64,000 nucleotides of DNA from Octopus vulgaris (Eukaryota): positions 33,170,001-33,234,000 of the forward strand of contig OX597815.1 in assembly GCA_951406725.2 (NCBI GenBank). The letters are read 5' to 3'. Below the pieces are notes generated by a model that was given only the letters and a program-made list of their open reading frames with translations, did not search any database and was not told the origin of the DNA. Shown one piece after another: positions 14,170 through 28,469 of the stretch (its first letter is position 1; each line of letters starts with the position of its first letter). Made by a program: the position numbers and the translations under genes.

Positions 14170-14727
14170 GAGATATCAGTGTTATTTTCATTTTTGCGTA
14201 ATTTAGACGACAATATATTCACTGCACCCTGTGTATATATATACATACATGTATATATATATGTGTGTGTGTGTTTGTGTGAGTCTGCGTGTACGTTTGT
14301 GTGTGTGCATGTATATATATATATATGGGGGAAGCGAGGAAGGCAAGGATGAGACGACATAGACAGTGAGTGAGGGACGTCTTTTGTTTATTTTCTGGAC
14401 TTTCTTTCCTTCTTGCGTCTGTGTGTGGGGCGGGGTTGTGCATGTGTTTTATGTCTATACATGTGCAGCGCATATCTAAATATAATTACCATCCGATAAC
14501 AACAAAAGAAGTATATTTATATTAGAAGTTTGAAAAGAATGAAATCTGGAATGTTTTATTAAAACATTTTTCTCTCCACACAAATCAATAGATGAACGAG
14601 TTTCTTGGTTAGAAAAAAATATGATCAAAAATATTTTAGACGTTTTATAGGATAAAATGCAACCTTGTCAAAACAGCTTGCATCGCTTTCATAAGAAATA
14701 TTATTTTAGATATATTTACTACATATA

Positions 14728-15033
14728 TATACACAACAACGCGAGGCCCTGAACAATATAGTATTATTGGACGCTCAGGAAAGAAGGCAGGAAGGAGGGT
14801 TTAACGTTTCGAGCGGAGCTCTTGGTCAGAAACATAGAAAAAGGAAAGATCCAAAGAAGGGAAGACGGAGAAAAAAAATTGCCAACGGTACACACGCGGT
14901 CACATTTTGAATCTGTGGTGTGGACGTGTGAAAATACGCGCATAGTTTGATGCGGCGCAGGAACTGGTTGACGTCGTTGCGGGTCTCAAATTCGGCGCAG
15001 TGGGGCATGAGAGGCGTGAAGCGGAGTCCCCTA
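14728..15033 (-). mobile_element. Non-autonomous Neptune-type PLE derivative (ORF N-terminus fused to HHR-bearing terminus)
   Basis: [22 protein letters not shown] matches KGLKFTPTP..DIQKFCRKLRLVEFF of the intact PLE. HHR motif at 14799-14833. Near-identical to 16317-16621. Confidence 0.8.
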
Positions 15034-15036
15034 TAT

Positions 15037-15432
15037 AGGCGCAGGAGTGGCTGTGTGGTAAGTAGCTTGTTTACCAACCACATGGTTCCGGGTTCAGTCC
15101 CACTGCGTGGCACCTTGGGCAAGTGTCTTCTACTATAGCCTCGGGCCGACCAAAGCCTTGTGAGTGGATTTGGTAGACGGAAACTGAAAGAAGCCCGTCG
15201 TATATATGTATATATATATGCGTGTGTGTGTTTGTGTGTCTGTGTTTGTCCCCTAGCATTGCTTGACAACCGATGCTGGTGTGTTTATGTCCCCGTTACT
15301 TAGCGGTTCGGCAAAAGAAGCCGATAGAATAAGTACTGGGCTTACAAAAGAATAAGTCCCGGGGTCGAGTTGCTCGATTAAAGGCGTTGCTCCAGCATGG
15401 CCGCAGTCAAATGACTGAAACAAGTAAAAGAG

Positions 15433-15433
<1 letters not shown>
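15037..15433 (+). mobile_element. SINE family A (tRNA-like head, internal TA/TG tract)
   Basis: Box A TGGCTGTGTGG, box B-like GGTTCAGTCCC; several near-identical copies in the window. Confidence 0.9.
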
Positions 15434-15468
<35 letters not shown>

Positions 15469-15523
15469 GTCTATTTATACATTTTCTATAATTTCTCCAG
15501 TGTATATTTTTTTAATTTTTATT

Positions 15524-15924
15524 TCTTTTACTTGTTTCAGTCATTTGACTGCGGCCATGCTGGAGCACCGCCTTTAGTCGAGCAAATCGACCTCGGGACT
15601 TATTCTTTGTAAGCCCAGTACTTATTCTATCGGTCTCTTTTGCCGAATCGCTAAGTGACGGGGACGTAAACACACCAGCATCGGTTGTCAAGCAATACTA
15701 GGGGGACAAACACAGACACACAAACACATACACACACATATATATATATATACATATATACGACAGGCTTCTTTCAGCTTCCGTCTACCAAATCCACTCA
15801 CAAGGCATTGGTCGACCCGGGGCTATAGCAGAAGACACTTGCCCAAGATGCCACGCAGTGGGACTGAACCCGGAACCATGTGGTTGGTTAGCAAGCTTCT
15901 TACCACACAGCCACTCCTGCGCCT
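15524..15924 (-). mobile_element. SINE family A
   Basis: Reverse complement of 15037-15433. Confidence 0.9.
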
Positions 15925-16043
15925 ATATATATATATATATATTAGGCAAATCATACAATGAAAAACTTAAGCCAATACATAAGATTATTTAATTTATATT
16001 ATTTAAATATATAACAAAATTATTAAAAAAATATAATTAATAT

Positions 16044-16111
16044 ATCACTACGATCGTTTCATGGCTGTTAATTTCTTTAAATTTTCAAGTCACAGTCATT
16101 CATCAGGTGGT
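16044..16111 (-). ncRNA. Type I minimal hammerhead ribozyme (canonical core)
   Basis: Minus strand: CAC CUGAUGA AUGACUGU..ACAGCCAU GAAA CGAUCG UA GUG. Palindromic helix III, GUA triplet. Confidence 0.85.
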
Positions 16112-16207
16112 TTAAATATTTCTCTTGGCGAGGTTTAAACAATCTTATGTATTGGCTTAAGTTTTTCATTGTATGATTTGCCTAATAGTGGTTTTGTCTC
16201 TAATTTA

Positions 16208-16243
<36 letters not shown>

Positions 16244-16284
16244 CGTACATACATATATATATATACATATACATATATATATAT

Positions 16285-16785
16285 AAAGTTAATCCAAACA
16301 TGAACACACGAAGAGAAAACACAACAACGCGAGGCCCTGAACAATATAGTATTATTGGACGCTAAGGAAAGAAGGCAGCAAAGAGGGTTTAACGTTTCAA
16401 GCGGAGCTCTTGGTCAGAAACATAGAAAAAAGAAAGATCCAAAGAAGGGAAGACGGAGAAAAAAATTGCCAACGGTACACACGCGGTCACATTTTAAATC
16501 TGTGATGTGGACGTGTGGAAATACGCGCATAGTTTGATGCGGCGCAGGAACTGGTTGACGTCGGTGCGGGTCTCAAATTCGGCGCAGTAGCGCGTGAGAG
16601 GCGTGAAGCGGAGTCCCCTACTGAGGAGAGAGCGCTCGGCAGCGGAGAGGGGGAGGTTGGGTGGTATAGTGACAACAGTGCGAGGAAGCAGCGTGGTGGG
16701 ATGAGTGGGGTCAGGAAGAGGGGGTGCAGAGTTGTGGGGAGGAGGTTTGGAATGGTTGGGTGAAGATGGGGTAGGGGTGGAAAGT
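16285..16785 (-). mobile_element. Non-autonomous Neptune-type PLE derivative
   Basis: [26 protein letters not shown].. ORF remnant joined to a terminus with an HHR motif (16387-16421, core CUGACCA). Flanked by (TA)n. Confidence 0.8.
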
Positions 16786-16810
16786 ATATATATATATATA
16801 TATATTATAT

Positions 16811-16873
<63 letters not shown>

Positions 16874-16893
16874 TATATACATATATATAAATA

Positions 16894-16939
<46 letters not shown>

Positions 16940-16950
16940 TATATATATAT

Positions 16951-17690
<740 letters not shown>

Positions 17691-17699
17691 TGATATAAA

Positions 17700-18775
17700 A
17701 TGAAAGGAATGGCAAGAAAAATATATACGAATAAAATTGTGGCGGAAAGGATGGTATTGAGCACTTCCGAGAAGAGAACAGCGACAGATGGAAGAGGAAA
17801 TAAACAACCGTGGTGGAAAAGGAGAATTTCTGAAGATATAAACTCCTTGAACAATGTAGTGTCAATACTTGTGAGGAAAAGAAATGGGGAACTTAAGGAT
17901 AAATGGAAATTTGAAAAAGTTAGGAAGAAGTATGTTGTAGATACACAAGGCCTGAATATTGTGATTGAAGAACTGAAGCAGCGCATACATGTAAAAAAAA
18001 AAAGCAAAGCTAACTAGGTTTGAACAACGGATTAAGCAATACCAGCAAAACAAATTGTTTAGAACTGACCATAAAAGATTTTACCAAGAGATTAATGACG
18101 ATAAAAAACGTGAAAGATTAGTCCCTGATACTGATGAAAGTCGAAATTTGTGGGGTAAAACATGGACTAAGCAAAAACAACATAATAGTACAGCTGAATG
18201 GCTCTGCAAGGATTGAATGGCTCTGCAAGGATAGAATTACCGAACAGAGACTTGATTAAGCAAATTGAAACGGAAAGATACAATTACCTTGGCTTACTAG
18301 AGGACAGCGAGATAACGGAAAAGGAAATGAAAGCGCAACTGAGGATGGAGTATTTCTAAAGACTGAGGTTGGTGCTGCGTTCAAAATTGACTGGATGGAA
18401 GAATAAAATCCAAGCAGTTAATATGTGGGTGATAGCATCACTTAGGTATGGAACGGAAATTTTAAAATGGCAAAAGAGAGAAATGAAAAAGAATGGATAC
18501 CAAGACTAGAAAAATATTGACAGGCTGTACCTTTCCAGAAGAAAGGGTGGAAGAGGCTTGATCAGTTGTCAGGATTATATCGAAGCAGAGGAAAACAGCC
18601 TAGGGTGATATATAAAAAATGCCGTGGAGCCACTGTTGAACCACATGAAGAAGGCCGGCGTCATCAAATCTGAAAACTGTGTAACTAAAGAAAATTTTAT
18701 ACAAGAAATAAACAAAAGAAAAGAAAAAAGCAATGAAGGAAAAGAAAATATACGCTCAATGAGCAAAAAATGTGA
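17700..18775 (+). mobile_element. Degenerate R4/Dong-clade non-LTR retrotransposon
   Basis: KQPWWKRRI, NKIQAVNMW and RLYL.RRKGGRGLISC remnants with stops and frameshifts. Confidence 0.7.
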
Positions 18776-18779
18776 ATTT

Positions 18780-19651
18780 GGTCATACAACTCTGACGAGA
18801 GAAATATAGAAAAAAAGCATGAAAATATAATAAAAAGGTATATCAAAGAAATCATCAGTTAAGTCAAATAAGCAAATACAATCATTCATCAACAGATGCT
18901 TGCGTAGCATACTTAAAATCAGATGGCCTGAACACATAAGCAATATGGAGCTATGGCAAAGAACAAATCAAGTTTCGATTAGGGAGCAAATATTTAAGAA
19001 AAAGTGGAAGTGGATTAGTAGCACAATTAGAAAAGACACACCAAATGTAGCGAAAAGTGCTTTACAGTGGAATCCGGTTGGATATAGAAAGAAAGGCCTA
19101 AGAACTCGTGGTGTAGATCAACACAAAAGGAACTAGAGAAAGGCAGAGTATAAGTACAGAAGCGAAAAATTATGCGACATGGAATTCAACTTTAAGTGGC
19201 CTATACTCCGCGTTGGAGGGTTAAAGGCAGGAAAAAATATCAAAGAAAATAATGCATAGAGATTAGAGAGAAACAGATCTAATTAAATGACTCTCCCCGG
19301 ACACAACAAAATATAATTATCTTATGATTCCTACATATTTTCTTTAATCTTCTAACATAATATCGTAAATACTTTTTTTGTATATGTTCTAGTCAACATA
19401 TACCGTCGCTTACTTTCTTCATTAAATTGCAGTTAATAAAAATGTTTAGTATGTATATTACTTCACAAATGTTTGGAATATTTTGAAATTCTTCCGTTAA
19501 ATTATTTTTCCTTTGCTTTGTGCTAACATTTGTTAAATGCTGAAACGATAGTAATTTCCATAGACGACATCACTTTGTGTATTTCCTCCGCCATTAATTC
19601 GTTTCTGAACCTGTTCCTACTGTGTGCGTGCGTGTGTGCGTGCGTGCGTGC

Positions 19652-19701
<50 letters not shown>

Positions 19702-20738
19702 CTGAAAAAAGCATATTTTATATATTCGATGATGCTAAGTTGACGAATAATTATCTTTTAAAACAAGAAAGAAAACAAAGATTCATCGAAAGATTTTCGT
19801 GTAAAAGCTTTCAAACATTTCGAAAAGCAATTGTATTTCCTTGTTTCAAATGTATTCGAAGCGTAATTCTTTCTTTTGTCCTACAACTTTAATAATATGT
19901 TTCAATGGGTAACAACAAAAATAAACACAAAACTGTGTGCATTCTTCATTATTAATCTTTTCCCTCTTTTCACATTCTTCATTATTATATCCTAACAACG
20001 TCTCTATAGTGATAAGCAAAAACAAAATAATATATTCAAAAACAGCGGCCATAATTTGTATTGTTTCGAGAAGATATGTTTCTTTTATACAGAATATTAT
20101 GTCAATTTCTAGAAATTATAATTTAATACTGTACCTTGATGTGTGTTTACTGTCTTGAAATTATCGATGGGTAGAATTTTTCGACATATGTTCATCGGAT
20201 GCTATTTAGAGCAATAATAAAATCTTATGCTCACCAGTTACACACACACACACACACACACGCTGGCGCGCGCGCGCATGCAAACGTACGCACGCACACA
20301 GAGTATGAACAGGTTCAGAAGCGAATTAATGGCGGCGAAAATACACAAAGTGATGTCGTCTATGAAAATTACTATCGTTTAAGCATTTAACAAATGTTAG
20401 CACAAAGCAAAGCAAAAATATTTTAACGGAAGAGTTTCAAAATATTCCAAACATTTGTGAAGTAATATACATACTAAACATTTTTATCAACTGGCTTTAC
20501 AAAAGCAATTTAATGAAGAAAATAAGCGACGGTATATGTTGACTAGAACATGTACAAAAAAGTATTTGGGATATTATGTTAGAAGATTAAAGAAAATGTG
20601 TAGGAATCATAAAATAATTAGATTTGTTTCTCTCTAATCTCTCGTTGTACACTGATATGCATTATTTTCTTTAATATACCTTTTTATTATATTTTCATGC
20701 TTTTTTTCTATATTTCTTTCGTCAGAGTTAGATAACCA
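18780..20738. repeat. Foldback element / long inverted repeat (~500-bp arms)
   Basis: 18780-18851 plus 19249-19705 is the reverse complement of 20235-20738. Confidence 0.85.
18852..19236 (+). mobile_element. 3' fragment of RTE-like LINE, 12-bp TSD
   Basis: CLRSILKIRWPEHISNMELW..KWKWI..QWNP. TSD ATATCAAAGAAA at 18840-18851 and 19237-19248. Confidence 0.8.
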
Positions 20739-21249
20739 AGTTATTTAATTAGATTAAAATACGTTGTTTTCCTGTCGTAAGTTGAATTCCACGATAAATC
20801 TTTACTTACCGAATTTACTTTGCTCATAAAACTTTGTCAATTGTTTAAAAAGCCAGAACCTACACTAATTCCCACCAAAATCTAAAACTTGTGCATAAAA
20901 GCGAAATTCTGACTGTCCATTTGGGAACCCTGTATCTCAGTCTACATTTGCTCAATATAAACACATTATACCCTTTTGGAATCAGGATGACTCGGGATTG
21001 AAAATCTGCCCTTCATTTGGTTCTTGAATATCCAGCATTGGGATTCAATTTAAAAGCATTTGGATTGCTATTTCTAGCAAGTAAAGCTTGGCTCATTCCC
21101 ACCATCTTGGTTGGCGTTTGTCAGATGATGCCAGGGATCAAGGCAGAGATAAATGACATTCGCTTCGTTAATTTTATGTCGAGAAAAGAACTTTTGAATA
21201 AATTGGACAACAGCTGGAATTCAACTCGAGACTGGTAGTGCCTCATGCA

Positions 21250-22388
<1,139 letters not shown>

Positions 22389-22389
22389 A

Positions 22390-23290
22390 ATAAGACTACA
22401 AGATATACCCCATATGTAAATTTTGATAAATCGCATAATGATAATTTTGATAAAAGCAATAATCTTTGGTTTGTTATTCCTTTTGCAAGACAACTAAAAA
22501 CTAATTTGGTTAATTTTTTTACAGATCTATATCTAAACATTTTAATAACGAAAATAGATATAATAAAATAATTAATAATAAAACGGTTAGAATTGGTTTT
22601 TCGGTATCTAAAAATATCTTTAGAATTATCTCTTCGACTAATAACAAAAAATTATATATTTTTATAATAGAAATAATAACAATTCACTTACTAACTCTAA
22701 TAATGGACCTAATGATAACTATGTAGCTAGAACTTGTGATTGTAGATTTAAGGATAAATGCTATTTCAATAATTTATGTATGCAAAGTAACCTTGTATAT
22801 AGGTGTAGAGTAGAATCTGAAGGAAATAATTATTTTTACATTGGGTCAATTCTATTAAATGACATTTTGAAAAACCATGAATATACTTTTAGGAACAAGT
22901 ATAAGTTGAGTAGCACCAGTTTAAATAAATTTATATGGAAGTTAAAGGATAATAACTAATTGTACAATCTTAAATGGCAAATACTTAGTCATGCTAGATG
23001 TTATAAAATTGTTGATAACCGCTATAAACTTTTATGTGGAGGAAATATATCAAATTCTAACATGAAAAAAAAGAAAGAAACTTCTTAATTACAAACAGGA
23101 ACGTGTTTTTTCTTGTAAAGATTCTTCAAAATATTTGTTTAGAAAATATAATTAAATTAAATTACTTATATGGAGGAATATATTGTATAATAATATAAAT
23201 TAATATAGATAAATACATGTTATATTATATATTTTATATCATATTTTGTTTAGAATTTATATGTGTTTGTGTGTAAGATTGAATTTATAA
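22390..23290 (+). mobile_element. Degenerate Naiad-like PLE 3' fragment (GIY-YIG)
   Basis: LWFVIPFARQLKTNL...RTCDCRFKDKC...CMQSNLVYRCRV...FYIGS...STSLNKFIWKLKD..LKWQIL. Confidence 0.75.
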
Positions 23291-23294
23291 TTTA

Positions 23295-23363
<69 letters not shown>

Positions 23364-23489
23364 AAAGTAATTAAGATTCAAGTGAGTTCTGTTGAATTCA
23401 CATGAATGCGGTACTTAACTTAGATGCACCAGAAATCTATATGGTGTTAACCATAAGATAATGCGGGGTGATTATAAATAAGAAAAAAG

Positions 23490-23527
<38 letters not shown>

Positions 23528-23979
23528 AAAATTACTAAAAATATATAATTTTTACCAGTGGTCAGCATGCGTAATAAAAGTCACCCCATTGTGCTGCTGG
23601 CCTGGAACGACATCTCGACACTGTATGGTCTGCGCAAGGACCGTAAGATGGCCACTGACAAGTGACAGGACCACCAATGAGATCGGTCTGCGGAGCCAAT
23701 GTTGCCAACAACTACTGGATCTCTTACTTCCTCTCAATGATCATACACCCACTGATAAAAACTGTCCCCAGATGTGGGTGACAGCACGGAGGACCTCCTC
23801 AGCAGAATCAATGAGTGCAATCGTGCCTACGACCTGACGAGATGCATAATAGGCAGTATGGCTATAGTGCACCTATACCCATCCATTGATGTTGATTTTG
23901 CTGTGGAGAAATATGTGATAAATATGAAAAAGAGAGATAGATAAAATAAATAAACAATCCATATAAAAGATATGAACAT

Positions 23980-24402
23980 AGGCGCAGGAGTGGCTGTGTG
24001 GTAAGTAGCTTGCTAACCAACCACATGGTTCCGGGTTCAGTCCCACTGCGTGGCATCTTGGGCTAGTGTCTTCTGCTATAGCCCCGGGCCGACCAATGCC
24101 TTGTGAGTGGACTTGGTAGACGGAAACTGAAAGAAGCCTGTCATATATATGTATATATATATTTATATATATATGTGTGTGTGTGTGTGTGTTTGTGTGT
24201 CTGTGTTTGTCCCCCTAGCATTGCTTGACAACCGATGCTGGTGTGTTTACGTCCCCGTCACTTAGCGGTTCGGCAAAAGTGACCGATAGAATAAGTACTG
24301 GGCTTACAAAGAATAAGTCCCGGGGTCGATTTGCTCGACAAAAGGCGGTGCTCCAGCATGGCCGCAGTCAGATAACTGAAACAAGTAAAAGAGTAAAAGA
24401 GT
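23980..24402 (+). mobile_element. SINE family A
   Basis: Near-identical to 15037-15433. Confidence 0.9.
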
Positions 24403-24859
24403 ATATGAAGCGAACCCATACACAAACACACACACAAGACATTTCACGGACGGCCACAACAATATCAACAGCACGAATAACAACGACAGCAGCAGCGGCG
24501 GTAACAACGATGGTGATAACAACAACTACCACGATAGCAATACCGTGGGTGAACACACAAACACAGGGAGATACAGGAACTGTACCAAAATATTCGGGTA
24601 TGGGGTGAGAGGATGGGGGCCATACTGTTGCTAAGGCCATACTGCTGATGAGAAGGCCATACTGCTGCTAAGAACAATAACACACAAACACAAGCATATA
24701 CACACACACACATACACACATAAATACGGACGTAAAAGCATGCGCACATAAGGATGCACATCTTAGAAGAACAGAATGGAGTAAGCGGAGCAAGAGCACA
24801 CACTAAAACGAAAAGTGTCGCTGAAGAGGTCACAGATGTGTGACCAAAAATTTCTGGAC

Positions 24860-25628
24860 AACGGACATGAGTCAAAATTTTAAAAAATAAGAAGAATAGT
24901 ATTAAACGAGTGGAAAACAAATATATAGTACGTGTGTGTCTTTGGCAAAAAAATAAAATGACCCTCCCGAAATACATCTATTTCAACACACGATTTCACA
25001 TCAGGAATCTTGCAACACAAATTGATAAACGCATATTTAGATGAATATTCTTAAAAGTGCACAAATTTATTTTATGTATTATTAGTTTATGTAGCATCAT
25101 ATTTGTGCATTATTTTGTTTATCAGTTTTTATCTAGTAAGTTTTTATTTATTTTAATTTTTTGTTTTCATTATATATTTTTATTATATATTCTATAAAAA
25201 ATTATTGACCCTCACGCTTACAAACATAAACATATTTTATTCAGTTTGTTCTAGGATCCAAAACTCCTCATACGTAATTTTTGTCAAATATTTCCCTGGT
25301 GAGATTCTTGCCCAAAAACATGAATTTTATGAATTTATTATTGGGTCTGAATCGGTACAATTGTAGGATTATAATATCTATATTTATATCATTATATCAT
25401 ATATATTATATTATATCATATTATAATGATAATATATGTTAATGGATTAAAATATTAAAATATGTCAATCGAAACCTCCATTTTCTTTTCCTTTTTGTAT
25501 ATTGAATATATATCTATTTGAATTATGAAAAAGTTTTTCTCTGCTATATTGGGTATTAAACCAGTAAACCAGTCAAAAATTGGATGGTTTCATCGCTATT
25601 GAGGATTCTGTTTTCCTTGTATTGGATT
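24860..25628 (+). mobile_element. Degenerate PLE 3' end with decayed HHR (25293-25368)
   Basis: UCC CUGGUGA GAUUC..GAAUC GGUA CAAUUG UA GGA: all three helices intact, core mutated. Ends in (TA)n. Confidence 0.55.
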
Positions 25629-25664
25629 ATATATATATATATATGAGTGTGTGTGTGTGATGTG

Positions 25665-25706
<42 letters not shown>

Positions 25707-27605
25707 ATGGAGGGGGGTGTTTTCTGTATATTATTTGTATATTCCTTGTGTTACATGTACTGATTTGAAGCAATCGTTTTATCGTTTCGTGAAGTGAAGC
25801 TTGGTGATATATACAAAGGGTATAATTGTTATACTGGACCGATTTCTATGAAGCTTTGTAGTAGGATGAAATAAAGCAACATGACTGAATTTAGAAATAA
25901 TAAAAAACGAATTGAATGTTACGGGATTTATTTTTGACTTTTACTTTGAACATTCCATATGATACGAAGAAGATAACATAATATTTGTCAATCATCTGAA
26001 GACCGACGCTCAAGAAGTCGAAGGACTAAGGAAACACAAAAAGAAAGGTAGGGCAGGATCTAGTCTCAGAGACAAGGAACACCGTGGAGATACAAGAGCA
26101 ACGAAAAATAAAACTTCAGTATGAAACGACCAGGCAAGCAGGCTTGAGGCAACAAAAATACTAGAGCAGAAACGACGGAGAATGGAATCTCAAGCCAATA
26201 CACAAGTTTGTTTGAGGAAACAAGAAACACCAAAGCAGAAACGATGGAGGTGGGAGTCTCAAGTCGATAGAAAAACCCGCTAAAGGGAACAGGTGTTGAC
26301 AGAACAACTTCATAGTAACAACCAGAAATGCCCGCTCCTGAGAACGGCAAACATCAGAGCAGCAACAAGTTAGGTTGGAGTTTAGACCTTTTTTTTTTTT
26401 CGTGAACAATGACAACTAGCAGCCTTTAACAAAGATCTAATTCATGGGCATTAGAATAGATACGTTATGAACACATTTGAGCACAGCACAAACCGAGGTG
26501 AAGATCAGGCAACCGCTCGTACATTAATAATTACATAATTATGTAACTTATTGTGGTTAATAACATTAATAAATTTATAAACCCTGTAGCCCTCCAACTA
26601 ATTGAAATGATATAACTTTAAAAATTATTAATCAGTTTTATTTACACTTATAGATATCTGACAGACTTAGATTATAATGCTTTCCTTTAACTGCGTTTGC
26701 TTTAACTATAATTGCATTTTAATTTCCTTGATTATTTCAGCTAATTTTATATAATCCATGCACATAACCTTTTTTAAACTTGTATCAACATTTTTCATAA
26801 AACAAATTTTTTGGCGTCAACACGTCTACCCTTAGATTTTTTTATAACCTAAAGTTACTCGACGTTTCATACGGATTGTGCATAAAAAAATATTAGATTT
26901 TTTAAAAATGTTTTCTGCTTGATTTTAAATTTTTCTGCTTGATTCTAACTTTGCAAACTATTGAAAAATTTTAGAATACGAGTTTCGAGAAAATATACTA
27001 TAAAAAGATGCAAAAATAAACAATAAACATTAACATTAGATTAACGAATGCCACAGCTGGATCCTTTAAAATTATGTAAAAACTATTTTAAATTATCCGA
27101 TAATAAATGCTCTCAGGAAACCAGAAATATTAAAATATCTGTTGAAATATATAAGTGAAAATCTCAATAATAACGTATGTATTTTAAAAAATACCCAAAA
27201 ATAAACATATTTTATCAAACAGGCAAATATAAAATTATTTGCCCTAATGAGACACTGACAATAACTCTATTTAGACATACAGCCACAATATAATCTAATT
27301 GAACAAGCATGTGTGTATGCAGGTAGGAGATTATTTTGTAAGTTATTTTATCGACATGAGCAAGTCCGTAAGGCAAATCTTAAAGTCACAGTAATATTAA
27401 AATGAATTTGACTACGAAGAATATACGGTCCTGCCATCATTAAATATTGTTTCCTATAAATTGATAACCACACAAAATACTAAATGTAGTGTGTATGTCT
27501 AAATACGGGGAAAACAGCTGCAAATGAGAGACAAAGAAACAAAGTTGAGAAAGAAGCAGGAGGAGTGAGATGGAGAGCAAGAGAGGGGGAGTGGGGAGAG
27601 AGAGT

Positions 27606-27645
<40 letters not shown>

Positions 27646-28469
27646 AGTATTGTAAGAATATGACTTGCGGCAATTTACGACTAATCTGGCTTCTGAACAT
27701 TTCAACAAAATCGCAGTGTATCATTAAGTTCATTAAGCAGAAATTTAGCTAATCTGCTCCTTCAAGTTTTATAGTATATTTATTTTTCATTTTTTAAAGT
27801 TTTAAGTATATTCATTTTTCATTTTCTGATAGCAAGAAGAAATTACTCCGTCTTCCGCAAAAAATCGAAAAGAAATCGAAATCGCGTCGAAAAAGGATTA
27901 AGAAGAAACTTGGACATGGTGCTCGTGTTTCTATGCAAATTCTAAAAGAAGCTTTACACCTCCGGCTCCTTGTTTCTATTTAACAGAACCTAGACAAAGG
28001 TTTCAATTCTATATTCTCTTCCTATTACCTGCTGCCTGTCTCTTAATTCAACCACCCTGCAAATTTTCTTCTTTTTTTTTCTTCAGAAATAAGTCAGAAA
28101 TACCAAATACAGAAAAGTAATTTAAAGTAGTATTTAAAAAAAAGTAGTTTAAAGAATAATTTTAACAAAATAAAAATTTTTGGTAAGAAATGAAATAGAA
28201 AAAGAGAGATTTTGGCGGAAAGCTATTCGATTCGGATAATCGTTATAATGCAACATTTATCATGGGTTGGTTCAAAAACAAAAATATTGTTGGAATATTA
28301 TCACAAATTACTCATGACACACATATCTCGAGTAAGAAGTAAGAAGTGGTTTTGTGGGTATAGACATAAAGAGAACAGCACTAAATAGCATGCTAAATAG
28401 GTTTCAATCTTGACCAGAGTATTACTAAAATTTTACAAGCACACCTGCAGCTGTACTTCAGGAAATTTA

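Noticed and set aside
18132-18148. CTGATGAAAGTCGAAA hammerhead-like string
   Set aside because: No helix II or III pairing; lies within Dong coding remnant.
24618-24672. Three ~17-20-bp GGCCATACTGCTG repeats
   Set aside because: Short tandem repeat without unique spacers in a eukaryotic context; not CRISPR.
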